Part shown: positions 20,479 to 30,357 of the stretch, one piece after another
Position numbering within the stretch: position 1 is the stretch's first letter
Layout: every line of letters begins with the position of its first letter
IMG/VR virus record: IMGVR_UViG_3300029798_000001
From: a virus
Taxonomy: Duplodnaviria; Caudoviricetes
Strand: one strand, 5' to 3'
Length of the DNA stretch: 64,000 bases
The notes under the pieces: generated by a model
Told to the model about the DNA's origin: nothing
What the model saw: only the letters and a program-made list of their open reading frames with translations
Databases searched by the model: none
Program-made: the position numbers and the translations under genes

Positions 20479-21768
20479 ATGTCAGTTCAACCAAGTTACC
20501 AGGCATTTCAGCCCGGAGCAACCCCGGGAGCATCTCCAGGGCCAGGTCCACGAGATTACACACACGCTTCCAAAACATTTGTTGATGGAAACTATAATCT
20601 CCTACCTCGCTTTAAGTTTTTATTCTATGTGTATTTTAATGTCAATTTAAATATACCAGCATTAAAAAATCTATTTTCTGGCAGCTCACCATTATCAACT
20701 GTAGGTTATCTTGTTAAAACGGCACAGTTGCCTAGCTACGAGATAGATGTCCAGACATTAAATCAGTACAATCGTAAACGCCTGGTACAGACAAAAATCA
20801 ATTATCAGCCATCACAGATTGTATTCAATGATGACAACAGTGATTTGATTCGTAATATGTGGTATCAATACTATCAATATTATTATAGCGATCCTACTTA
20901 CCAATACGGTGACACTCCTGCACAGTCTGGAACACTTGGCGTTTTAAGTACACCGATACCTGTTATTGGTGGCAATTATAATGTAAGTGATTTATATGCG
21001 CCCAACAGGCCAGTGGAACACTGGGGACTTAGCGGACAAGGATATACTAATCCTACACTGTCGAGTCTTGCTAGTTCATTACTAACTGGTCCCGCTAGTG
21101 GCCAAGCTCCGTTCTTTAATGACATAACAATTTATGGTATGAGTCAAAAAACATTTGCCCAGTACACTATGATTAACCCATTGATTACTAGTTGGACACA
21201 CGACACCTATGATTACAGTCAAGGTGGTCAAGTGATGACTAATACTATGACTATTAGATACGAGACTGTAAAATATTATTCGGGTGATATTGGCGGCGCA
21301 ACCCCTAGTGCTACAGTTCCAGGATTTGCAGATCCGGCACATTACGATACTACTAGAAGTCCAATTGCACCGCCAGGTAGTACAGACCAAGTGGTGCAAA
21401 GTGGTACACTAGTATCGGTGCCAAATGGTATGGTGCAAGATTTACAAGCACTGGCTGTTGGAAAAAATACTTTACAGAATGTACTTGGTGCTGTTGGCCA
21501 AGGTCTAGTTCCTATGTTAGGAGCCGCATTGGGTGCAGGCCTTGCAGGCTCCGGAGCATTAACACAGGGATTACTAGCCGGGCTAGCACCAGCACTTGCT
21601 GGAGGAACTCCGCAGGCTGCACAACAAGTACAAAATGCCGCCGGCGGCGCTATTTTTCCAGTGCCAGAAGGATCAATAACTCAGCCAAATCCTGCTAGCC
21701 AGCCCGATTTCGCTGGAGCCACGAATAGTCAAAGTGATCCAGGCTCACCAGACTACTTAGGAGTATAA
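20479..21768 (+). CDS. Tail tube-like / baseplate-tube junction protein
   Basis: VKTAQLPSY..TLNQYNRK..KINYQP..F.DD..D.IR..W; MTIRYE end motif, resembling the tube fold. Confidence 0.55.
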   Translation: MSVQPSYQAFQPGATPGASPGPGPRDYTHASKTFVDGNYNLLPRFKFLFYVYFNVNLNIPALKNLFSGSSPLSTVGYLVKTAQLPSYEIDVQTLNQYNRKRLVQTKINYQPSQIVFNDDNSDLIRNMWYQYYQYYYSDPTYQYGDTPAQSGTLGVLSTPIPVIGGNYNVSDLYAPNRPVEHWGLSGQGYTNPTLSSLASSLLTGPASGQAPFFNDITIYGMSQKTFAQYTMINPLITSWTHDTYDYSQGGQVMTNTMTIRYETVKYYSGDIGGATPSATVPGFADPAHYDTTRSPIAPPGSTDQVVQSGTLVSVPNGMVQDLQALAVGKNTLQNVLGAVGQGLVPMLGAALGAGLAGSGALTQGLLAGLAPALAGGTPQAAQQVQNAAGGAIFPVPEGSITQPNPASQPDFAGATNSQSDPGSPDYLGV

Positions 21769-21770
21769 TC

Positions 21771-22130
21771 ATGGGCTCAGTAAATGCTATTAATAATAAA
21801 ATAGATCAAACTGTACAGATAGTTGATAAGTTTTACGGATATCAACAATCGGTAGCTGCAGATGAGTATGATGCTGTGCTTAGTTATTTTAAGTCAGTAT
21901 TTGGAACAGCTACAGCTGCCGGAAATTTTACAGTAGCAGTATTTAGAGTTGCACAACAATCAAATATTCCAGTAATGACTTTGTTACAACAATTTCAAGG
22001 AAAAAATGGACCAGAAATTACAGCCACCTTGGCCTATTTCTTAAACGGAGTTCGTAGTGCCAGCACACTACTAGGTGTAAATGTCCCAACCCAACCTAAT
22101 TATTATATTGCTCACAATATTAGGATTTAA
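21771..22130 (+). CDS. Hypothetical protein (tail region)
   Basis: 119-aa ORF in the operon. Confidence 0.7.
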   Translation: MGSVNAINNKIDQTVQIVDKFYGYQQSVAADEYDAVLSYFKSVFGTATAAGNFTVAVFRVAQQSNIPVMTLLQQFQGKNGPEITATLAYFLNGVRSASTLLGVNVPTQPNYYIAHNIRI

Positions 22131-22133
22131 TAT

Positions 22134-22574
22134 ATGGCTAACTTTGCACAAGGGCCGTACACAGTAGTAAACTCTCAAAAATATGTAGGACGCGGCGTGC
22201 CTCGATATCGTAGTTCATGGGAGTGGGCATTCATGCAATTTTGCGATAAGAACGAAAACATAATCCAGTGGGCATCAGAGCCAGTACGCATTCCTTATCG
22301 TCATCCATTAACAGGTAAAATGACTACCTATGTTCCAGATTTTATAGTAACTTATCGCGGCCCAAATAATAGTACCCGAGCTGAATTAATTGAAATTAAA
22401 CCAAAAAGTCAAAGCATTATTGAAGACAAAATGAATTCAAGAGATCGTGCGGTAGTTGCAATCAACTACGCCAAGTGGGCGGCCGCCCAGAAGTGGTGCA
22501 AGGCAAACGGACTTGTATTTAGAATAATTACCGAAGATGATATCTTTAGACAAGGTAGGTCCAAAAAGCGGTAA
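22134..22574 (+). CDS. Head completion nuclease, T4 gp4-like (TnsA-type)
   Basis: YRSSWE..FM.FCD.N.NI.QWASE, Y.PDF, EIKP, KW.AA..WC..ITE. Confidence 0.9.
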   Translation: MANFAQGPYTVVNSQKYVGRGVPRYRSSWEWAFMQFCDKNENIIQWASEPVRIPYRHPLTGKMTTYVPDFIVTYRGPNNSTRAELIEIKPKSQSIIEDKMNSRDRAVVAINYAKWAAAQKWCKANGLVFRIITEDDIFRQGRSKKR

Positions 22575-22582
22575 ATATCTGC

Positions 22583-23071
22583 ATGACCCGTAAATTAGAA
22601 TCGCTCTTCGGCTTTGACGAATTAGAGCAACCCACCTCAGAAGAACCCAAGACTGTCACAGAAACCCGTATTCAGTTGGCCGAAATTGATGCCACAATTG
22701 ATAAAATTGATGCGGCACTGCCGGGTGTGCGTGGATTAGATGCCAGTGATCAAGAAATGGATGATTTGGCAGCAAAAGCACAAGAAACTTTTGACGATCT
22801 TATGAATCTTGGTATGAATGTAGATTCAAGATATGCCAGCGAGATATTTGCAGTAGCCAGCAGTATGCTTGGACATGCCCTAACAGCAAAAACTGCCAAG
22901 TTAAACAAGAAATTAAAAATGGTTGATCTACAACTTAAAAAGTTAAAAATGGACCAAGATCAAGCCCGTAATGCTCCAGCAGAAGCCGTAGAACAAGCAC
23001 ACGGACAGATACTAAGCCGTAACGATTTGTTAGAACGCTTGATCGGCAATAGAGATCAAAAGACAAACTAA
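22583..23071 (+). CDS. Hypothetical protein, possibly terminase small subunit
   Basis: Helical; LMNLGMNVDSRYASEIF.VA..ML loosely resembles gp16; TAAATA 5 nt upstream. Confidence 0.45.
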   Translation: MTRKLESLFGFDELEQPTSEEPKTVTETRIQLAEIDATIDKIDAALPGVRGLDASDQEMDDLAAKAQETFDDLMNLGMNVDSRYASEIFAVASSMLGHALTAKTAKLNKKLKMVDLQLKKLKMDQDQARNAPAEAVEQAHGQILSRNDLLERLIGNRDQKTN

Positions 23072-23100
23072 GCATAAATATCATATAGGGAAATAAACTA

Positions 23101-23709
23101 ATGAAAAATTTTCAACACTACCTCGCAGAATCAGAAAGAACCTACAATTATCGCATTAAATTTGTAGGTGATACACATCCTACCTTTTTAAAAGAGTTAG
23201 AGGATAAATTAAAACAATTTGATATTGTTAAGATTTCTGCGCCAAAAACAACACCAGTACAAATGAAGCCAGCAGATTTTCCTGCTCACGAAAATGACCG
23301 GGTTACTCATGTTGATGTGGAGTTTCGCTATCCGGCTATTGAGCCACAGATTCAACAGTTAGTACAGTTATTGGGCATCGATCCTAACCGTGTGCGTATG
23401 TTGACCGTGCCTTACGAAGACAGCATGATTGACGAAAAAGAAAAAGTCGAAGCAGAAAATAAAAATTTATTAACAGACACAGATTTTCCTGCACCTGATG
23501 CTAAACAAAAAGCCCTATACAAAGATTATTCAGCAGAGCCCAATGACCATGCTGTGTTAAAAAATGCATATCGCAGTGACTTTACTGTAGCCGGCGGCAA
23601 GACACCTAAAGCACAAACCACAAATGATTTGCCAATGGGCGATACAAGCCCAATGACCAAGATGCACCGTAAGCCAAAGCCAGCCACTGGCGCGAACCCA
23701 AAGGGATAA
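23101..23709 (+). CDS. Hypothetical head-associated protein
   Basis: N-terminus MKNFQHYLAE resembles a T4 capsid-targeting sequence; late promoter at 23074-23080. Confidence 0.7.
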   Translation: MKNFQHYLAESERTYNYRIKFVGDTHPTFLKELEDKLKQFDIVKISAPKTTPVQMKPADFPAHENDRVTHVDVEFRYPAIEPQIQQLVQLLGIDPNRVRMLTVPYEDSMIDEKEKVEAENKNLLTDTDFPAPDAKQKALYKDYSAEPNDHAVLKNAYRSDFTVAGGKTPKAQTTNDLPMGDTSPMTKMHRKPKPATGANPKG

Positions 23710-23713
23710 TAGA

Positions 23714-25489
23714 ATGACATTTTTTTACAACCTCAACGAAAAACTAGCGGCACTAGCTGCCAAACAAGACCTGCACGAATCAAAAGTAGCCGAAAGCGAA
23801 AAGTGGATCCAGGGCGCAGTTAATCCTGCTAACAAAGGTGGCTTACACAAGGCACTCCATGTGGCTCAAGACAAAACTATTCCTAAGGCAAAGATTGCCA
23901 AGGCAACACACAGCAAGAATCCTAAACTACGTCACATGGCACAGTTTGCCAAGAACGTTGCCAATGAAGCTACAGATGAATGGAGTGAAGAAACGCCATG
24001 GACAGGTCTCCCTAAGTCCAAGACAGGTAAGCCAGTTGACCCACGCGGTGAAGTTGCACACATGAGTGATGCGGCCCAACGCCAGTCGGCTGGTATGACT
24101 CCTAAGCAAAAGAAATTTGCCAAGTTGGCTCCCCCTACAGATAAAATTACATTCGCTGACAAAATTGCCGGCGCCAAAAAAGAAGTTGACGAAATGTTAG
24201 GCGATGTTGCCGCAGAGGCAATGAAAGCTGCCATCGGCAAAGGCAAACAAACAGTTGCCGACGAAGGTAATGCATTTACAGGCAAATTAAAATCTACACC
24301 ACACGGTGGCAAATTTAAATTAGGCAACAAATCATTTAAAGACACTAGTGACATTGAAGAAAAGAAAGAGCCACGCAGTAAAGGCACAGCATTTGATCCA
24401 GAAGTTATTTCTAAGATTGAAAAAGAAAAAGACCCACATCCTCGTCATGATGTCAAGGACACTGGTTATAGTAAGCGTTATACTCGTAAGCACGAAGATG
24501 ACGAAGAAGATAGAGACGACAGTAAAGATAAACAAGCTAGCAAGTATGCTAGCCCAAAGAAAAAAGGCCGCCCACAATCTGCTGCACCAAAAGATTCAGA
24601 GCGTGTAACCAAAGGCAGTCACAAGTATGATGTTGTTGATGGCAAGCGTGTTAAAAAAGTTAAAGAAGTAGCCGAAGCTCATGAAGAGTTAGATGAGTGC
24701 GAAGCAGCTGTTGCGTTACTTAAGAAGCATGGTTACAAAGTTAGCAAGCCAGAAACAGAACTTGATGAACGTTCAAAGAGCCAAGCACAAGCCCGTATGA
24801 TGGCCGGTGCCGCACACGATCCTAAATTTGCCAAGAAAGTTGGCGTTAAGCAATCTGTTGCCAAAGAATTTAACAAAGCCGATACTGGAAAGAAAATGTC
24901 CAGCTTACCAAAAAAAGTTAAAGCTGAAGAAGAAAAAGTTGAAGAAACAACAACATCCGGATCAGTAGCTACAGTAGGTAACTCGGCTCCTAAGGCCAGC
25001 AAAGGTATGCAGTTTGGTAAAGGCGTTTACGAAAGTTTTAATAATTCAGTTGAAAAAATGATCACCGAATCTATTGATGTTACAGAAACAGTTACTGAAC
25101 ACGAACAAGAAGGCAAAACTATTACAGTAACAGCATCTGGTCCAGAAGCCGACATGTTAATGCAGTTATTGAAGATGGCTGGATTATCCGGTCAAGGTCA
25201 AGATCAAGGTTGCGGTTGTGGTACTACACCATGTAGTTGTGAAGAAGTCGACGAAGCCTATGGTGACACTGACGAAACATTGAATAATCCAGATTGGCCA
25301 ACTGACACAGAAAAGTCTGATAATGCATTCCAATATTCAGGTGGATTAAATGGTCCTAAGTCAACCGGTCAAACGACCACAGTTGGCGGTGGTATTCCTA
25401 ATATGCAGGCTCGCCGTCAAGTTAGCATGGAAGAGAATGTTAAACTTGAGCGTAGTTTGTTCAAGACCTGGAAAAATTACAAAGGTTAA
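23714..25489 (+). CDS. K/E-rich prohead core / internal-protein-like protein
   Basis: 591 aa, highly charged, many (L/I/V)-x-E sites. Confidence 0.6.
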   Translation: MTFFYNLNEKLAALAAKQDLHESKVAESEKWIQGAVNPANKGGLHKALHVAQDKTIPKAKIAKATHSKNPKLRHMAQFAKNVANEATDEWSEETPWTGLPKSKTGKPVDPRGEVAHMSDAAQRQSAGMTPKQKKFAKLAPPTDKITFADKIAGAKKEVDEMLGDVAAEAMKAAIGKGKQTVADEGNAFTGKLKSTPHGGKFKLGNKSFKDTSDIEEKKEPRSKGTAFDPEVISKIEKEKDPHPRHDVKDTGYSKRYTRKHEDDEEDRDDSKDKQASKYASPKKKGRPQSAAPKDSERVTKGSHKYDVVDGKRVKKVKEVAEAHEELDECEAAVALLKKHGYKVSKPETELDERSKSQAQARMMAGAAHDPKFAKKVGVKQSVAKEFNKADTGKKMSSLPKKVKAEEEKVEETTTSGSVATVGNSAPKASKGMQFGKGVYESFNNSVEKMITESIDVTETVTEHEQEGKTITVTASGPEADMLMQLLKMAGLSGQGQDQGCGCGTTPCSCEEVDEAYGDTDETLNNPDWPTDTEKSDNAFQYSGGLNGPKSTGQTTTVGGGIPNMQARRQVSMEENVKLERSLFKTWKNYKG

Positions 25490-25494
25490 TCAAA

Positions 25495-25788
25495 ATGAGC
25501 ACACAAGTTATCAACGCCGCTGGCAATGTATTATGGACCACGGACAAAGCAGAAATAGATTCAAACAGTGCAGATGTTACCTATCAAATTTATGCTACCG
25601 CCCTGGGCAATTCCGCAGCTGTGGGCAACTTGTATGCTAATGTAGTTGCGGTTCCTAATGGAACAGTGCGAGACATTTATGTAGGTGCTGGCAATTATCT
25701 TATTATTACAGGCACTACATTTACAGCTAGAGCATTAGGCACACAAAGTTCAGCACAATACAGCGTATTTAACACCGCAGGTACCTAA
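25495..25788 (+). CDS. Hypothetical protein
   Basis: 97-aa beta-rich ORF in the operon. Confidence 0.7.
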   Translation: MSTQVINAAGNVLWTTDKAEIDSNSADVTYQIYATALGNSAAVGNLYANVVAVPNGTVRDIYVGAGNYLIITGTTFTARALGTQSSAQYSVFNTAGT

Positions 25789-25790
25789 CT

Positions 25791-26174
25791 ATGCGGGCTC
25801 GAGAGTTTATTGCCGAAGAAAAAGAAGGCAAGCTACATCCTGAGCAAGAAGCAGTAATGCCAACGGCTCGTCGCGTTCGAGACAACGGCGGTTACGATCG
25901 CACCAACCATTTAAATCGCATGATGATGGCACTTGCCTGTCATGACGGTAAAGATAAAAAAGCTATCCCCAAAGACAAAATGGATCCCAACAGCTGGGTT
26001 GAAAAATATAACACAGCTCATCCATACACCAAAGAAGAAGATAATATGGTAGTAGGCGCAATGAAAACTCTGGGCGCAGACCATCATCATGTTGTTTCAG
26101 ACCATCGTAGTCGAGAACCAGAAGGCACACATAAAGTTAGCCCAGTCAAGGCATTCAAAGGCTACGGCAGATGA
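25791..26174 (+). CDS. Internal-protein-like paralogue 1
   Basis: MRAREFIAE ... SPVKAFKGYGR. Confidence 0.8.
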   Translation: MRAREFIAEEKEGKLHPEQEAVMPTARRVRDNGGYDRTNHLNRMMMALACHDGKDKKAIPKDKMDPNSWVEKYNTAHPYTKEEDNMVVGAMKTLGADHHHVVSDHRSREPEGTHKVSPVKAFKGYGR

Positions 26175-26527
26175 GAGCTCGCGAATTTGTCACAGAATCT
26201 AATTTTAATAAAGACCATCAGGCAGCAATTCCAGGTGCAGAAAAGTACATGGATTTAGATAACTCTAATCCATATCACATGTGGCGATATATGGTAGCAG
26301 TAGGCGCCCGTGATGGTAAAGGCAACGGACATAAATTACCACTTGAAGGCCCAACAGGGCAAAAATTAACAACCGTGGCCTACAGCAAAGAAGACGAAAA
26401 CATACTGCATGACACAGCTAAAATGCTTGGATTTAAACCTACAAGGATGAGCAACCGTGATTCTGTAGAGCCAGATGACATCCATCGCGTTAGTCCAGTA
26501 AAAGGGTTTAAAGGATATGGCCGATGA
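26171..26527 (+). CDS. Internal-protein-like paralogue 2
   Basis: MRAREFVTE ... SPVKGFKGYGR. Confidence 0.8.
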   Translation: MRAREFVTESNFNKDHQAAIPGAEKYMDLDNSNPYHMWRYMVAVGARDGKGNGHKLPLEGPTGQKLTTVAYSKEDENILHDTAKMLGFKPTRMSNRDSVEPDDIHRVSPVKGFKGYGR

Positions 26528-26877
26528 GAGCTCGAGAATTTATTGTTGAAGATGCTAACGAAACACTTACACCAGATGAACAGACTGCTATTCCAGATAT
26601 GGAAAAGTTTGACGGTTTAGATAATAGTAATCCTTACATGATGTGGCGTTTTATGGTGGCCGCTGCCGGGGAACCCGAATTTAAAATGGCAAGACAAGGT
26701 CCAACTGGACAAAAATTTGTTACAGTAGCATATACACAAGCAGATGCTGATATTATAAATGCCACTGCTAAAACATTGGGAGTGAAAGGTACACACATCA
26801 CTACTAAAAATTCTTCCGAAGCACCAGATACTAATATAACTAGTCCAGTAAACGGATTTAAGGGTTATCCAAGGTAA
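26524..26877 (+). CDS. Internal-protein-like paralogue 3
   Basis: MRAREFIVE ... SPVNGFKGYPR. Confidence 0.8.
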   Translation: MRAREFIVEDANETLTPDEQTAIPDMEKFDGLDNSNPYMMWRFMVAAAGEPEFKMARQGPTGQKFVTVAYTQADADIINATAKTLGVKGTHITTKNSSEAPDTNITSPVNGFKGYPR

Positions 26878-26963
26878 TGGCAAATCCACCCCCACCATAT
26901 AGCGACATTACCGGCATAAGCCGCACGAATTTAATAACTAAATAAAAGATCAAAGGAGCTATA

Positions 26964-27683
26964 ATGAAAAAATTACTACTATTAACAATATTTGGTTTAT
27001 TGCCAATTTTTGCTCACGCACAAATTAATAAAATGTGCCCCCAATTTACGGCGAACGGCACACCACAGTATCAGGCACAACCAGGCGATCAAGAAATTTG
27101 CCATATGAACTACGCTGTGATTCACCGTTGTTCAGTTAAGGCTCCGGTAGCAGTATTTGAGCACTTGACTGTAGCCGCAATGACTGGCCCAGCCAAGCGT
27201 AAAGACAACTTCCACCCAGACGCAAGTGTTACACCTAACTGCTCTGCTAGTCTAGCTGACTATGCTATTGTTGGTAAAACACATGATCGCGGACACATGG
27301 CGCCAGCAGGTAACAACACACAAAGTGATGCTATTATGTCGGAGAGTTTTAACTTGAGTAATATGGTTCCACAAGTGGCCAATAATAATAGAGGCGGGTG
27401 GCGTCTATTAGAAACAGCCGAACGCCAATGGGCAACGGCACCGGGCACAGATTTTTATATCATTAGTGGCGGCATTTACGATCAAGGGCACCCTGTTGTA
27501 GGAAATGGTCTTGGTATTCCTACTCGCCTATACAAAATCATTATTGAAAAAAATAGTCGTAAAGTTATGGCTTACTTAATGCCTAATGGCCCTATCAATC
27601 CAGCAACAGATTGGCCTAAGTATCAAACAAATATGACTACTATTGAACAAGCCACTGGGATGAAATTTAACTTAGGGCAATAA
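26964..27683 (+). CDS. DNA/RNA non-specific endonuclease (NucA/EndoG family) with signal peptide
   Basis: DRGHMAPAG, SF.LSNMVPQ..NNRGGW..LE; N-terminal MKKLLLLTIFGLLPIFAHA; CTAAATA and AGGAG upstream. Confidence 0.92.
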   Translation: MKKLLLLTIFGLLPIFAHAQINKMCPQFTANGTPQYQAQPGDQEICHMNYAVIHRCSVKAPVAVFEHLTVAAMTGPAKRKDNFHPDASVTPNCSASLADYAIVGKTHDRGHMAPAGNNTQSDAIMSESFNLSNMVPQVANNNRGGWRLLETAERQWATAPGTDFYIISGGIYDQGHPVVGNGLGIPTRLYKIIIEKNSRKVMAYLMPNGPINPATDWPKYQTNMTTIEQATGMKFNLGQ

Positions 27684-28451
27684 TTAAGTTTTAGATTTAC
27701 AGTTGTTAAAGTGCCAGCGTTTCGCATTACTTGCGTCGCTGGCTTTTTTACAATGCGGACAAACTAACAGTTCTCTTTTCTTCTTATGAGGCCCTGTTGG
27801 TTGTCTCATTTTAGCAAGAGATTCTTCTGTATGTTGTTTATTTTTGAAAGTTCCCGGTTTACCGTATCTTGGATTTTTTTCTCCGGCTAATTTTCCTTTT
27901 TGTTTAGCACGGATCTCATTGGCTTTTTCTAGTCCATACAATTCCTCATACGATACTCCGATCCTGTCACTACTATATGGTAATTTTTTAGGCTTTTCTT
28001 TTTTTGGTTTTGTTGACAATTTTTGTTTAAAAGATTTTTTGAATTTTGCTATTTTTTCCGCAGCCTTTTCCGCTCCATATAGTTCTTCATAAGTCTTGCC
28101 TTTGTTTAGAGAAGGCTTGCCTTTTAATCGCTCACTACTTGCCCGCCTCATCTCATCAGTCCATACCACACCGGTATTACCGCCACTTCCGGTTTCTTCA
28201 GTTAAATTGGCCCACTCGTTACTTGCGACTACATTCCATAGCCGACTATAATATTGTCCCCACTCGGCTACATCTTTATTATTTTTACACTCTTTCAATA
28301 TTTCTGTATCATAATCGTATCCGTGCTTTTCTAAATGAGAGCGCCAATAAGTTCCTGATCCTGGATAGGTATGCGGATTTTGTGCCGAGGTCTTGCCAAG
28401 ATATTTTAATCCAGTTATTCTATGAGTCTTTTTATATAGATAAATTTTCAT
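27684..28451 (-). mobile_element. Free-standing GIY-YIG homing endonuclease gene with NUMOD3-like repeats
   Basis: IYLYKK.H..TGLKYLGKT..YPGSG; NLTEETGSGG; KGKTYEELYG.EKA repeated; HTEESLAKM. Confidence 0.88.
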
Positions 28452-28467
28452 ACAAGTATTTAGTCTA

Positions 28468-28758
28468 AATCGTGGTATCTGGAAACAGTTAGAAACCTGG
28501 GAACGCTATTGGGTACTGAAAGGTGGCGACTATTACATTATTTCCGGTGGTATCTTTGATCAAGGACATCCTGTAATTGGCAACGGCCTCGGTATTCCAA
28601 CTCGTTTATACAAGATCATTATTGAAAAGAACAGCAAAAAAGTTCAAGCATATTTAATGCCTAACGCGGCATTGCCAGTCCAAGATTTACCCAAGTATCA
28701 AGTACCAATGGCGGCTGTTGAGCAAGCAACTGGCATGCGATTTAATTTAGGGCCTTAA
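28468..28758 (+). pseudogene. Orphaned 3' half of a second allele of the non-specific endonuclease (no start codon)
   Basis: Translates as NRGIWKQLETWERYW..YYIISGGIFDQGHPVIGNGLGIPTRLYKIIIEKNSKKVQAYLMPN..EQATGMRFNLGP*, matching the C-terminus of 26964..27683. Confidence 0.92.
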
Positions 28759-28781
28759 TCAAAATCGCCATAAATTAATAT

Positions 28782-30347
28782 ATGGCAAAGACTGAAGACA
28801 CTCTAGTAAAAGCACCCTATAGAGATACGCCCTTTACTGACTATCAACTTGAAGAGTTTGTAAAATGTGCCGATCCAGATCACGGACCTGAATATTTTAT
28901 GAGTAATTATTTCTATATACAGCATCCTGTTAGGGGTAAGATGCTGTATCGCCCATACGATTATCAAAAACGCTTAATTGACACTTATCATAATCATCGA
29001 TTTAGTATATCGATGATGCCGAGACAAACAGGTAAATCAACCAGTGCCGCCGGTTACTTGTTATGGTATGCTATGTTTATTCCAGATAGTACTATTCTAG
29101 TGGCTGCACACAAGCATCTAGGATCTCAAGAAATTATGGCCCGTATTCGATATGCCTATGAACTATGTCCTGACTATATCCGAGCAGGTGCTACCAGTTA
29201 TAACAAACTTAGTCTAGATTTTGAAAATGGAAGTCGCATACAATCGGCAACTACCACAGAAAATACCGGTCGCGGTATGTCTTTATCATTATTATATGCC
29301 GACGAGTTTGCATTTGTGCGTCCCGGAGTAGCCAAAGAATTTTGGACCTCTATTAGCCCAACACTAGCAACTGGTGGTAAATGTATTATTACCTCAACTC
29401 CAAACAGTGACGAAGATCAATTTGCATTACTGTGGAAAGGTGCCAACAAGCGTGAAGATGCATTTGGTAATCCAACCGCAGTGGGCATCAACGGATTTAA
29501 ACCCTTCCGCAGTTATTGGAATGAACACCCTGATCGAGATGAAAAATGGGCCGCAGATTCGCAAGCACAACTGGGCGAGGATCGCTTTAGGAGAGAAATG
29601 TGCTGTGAATTTCTTATAAATGATGAGACCTTGATTGCCCCGGCTAAATTACTTGATTTATCTGGACATGAGCCATTGTATAGAACTGGTCAAGTACGCT
29701 GGTATCAAAAGCCTCGGGTGGATAGAACTTATGTAATCTCATTAGATCCTAGTCTGGGTACCGGCGGTGATCCTGCAGCCATACAAATTTTTGAAGCAAA
29801 TACTACAGAACAAATCGGCGAATGGCGGCACAACCGTACGCCTATTCCGGAACAAATTAGAATTTTAGCTGATATTTGCCGACATATTAATGAAACGGTT
29901 CAAGCGCCCAACAACATTTATTATAGCGTTGAAAATAACACCATTGGCGAAGCTGCCTTGATTAGTATCGCAGAATACGGAGAAGAAAATATACAAGGCT
30001 ATTTTCTTAGCGAGCCAGCCAATGGCAATGGTCGTAGATATCGCAAAGGATTTAACACTACAAACAAGCACAAATTGTCCGCTTGTAACAAAATGAAATC
30101 TCTTATAGAAACGGGTAAAATGAAAATACGCAGCTCGTCTCTAGTTTCAGAGCTTAAAACCTTTGTCGCCAGCGGCGTTAGTTATGCGGCAAAACCCGGT
30201 GAAACTGACGATTTAGTCATGGCCACGGTTTTAAATATCCGTATGTTACAGCTATTACAAACCTATAACAACGAAATTGACAATCAACTTAGAGACCATG
30301 GCGATAATATAATTGCACCGATGCCGTTCATCTCTTCATTACGATAA
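28782..30347 (+). CDS. Terminase large subunit, gp17-like
   Basis: PRQTGKST Walker A, LLYADEFAFV, ITSTPN, LDPSLGTGGD, DDLVMA. Confidence 0.95.
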   Translation: MAKTEDTLVKAPYRDTPFTDYQLEEFVKCADPDHGPEYFMSNYFYIQHPVRGKMLYRPYDYQKRLIDTYHNHRFSISMMPRQTGKSTSAAGYLLWYAMFIPDSTILVAAHKHLGSQEIMARIRYAYELCPDYIRAGATSYNKLSLDFENGSRIQSATTTENTGRGMSLSLLYADEFAFVRPGVAKEFWTSISPTLATGGKCIITSTPNSDEDQFALLWKGANKREDAFGNPTAVGINGFKPFRSYWNEHPDRDEKWAADSQAQLGEDRFRREMCCEFLINDETLIAPAKLLDLSGHEPLYRTGQVRWYQKPRVDRTYVISLDPSLGTGGDPAAIQIFEANTTEQIGEWRHNRTPIPEQIRILADICRHINETVQAPNNIYYSVENNTIGEAALISIAEYGEENIQGYFLSEPANGNGRRYRKGFNTTNKHKLSACNKMKSLIETGKMKIRSSSLVSELKTFVASGVSYAAKPGETDDLVMATVLNIRMLQLLQTYNNEIDNQLRDHGDNIIAPMPFISSLR

Positions 30348-30357
30348 ATAATAAACT

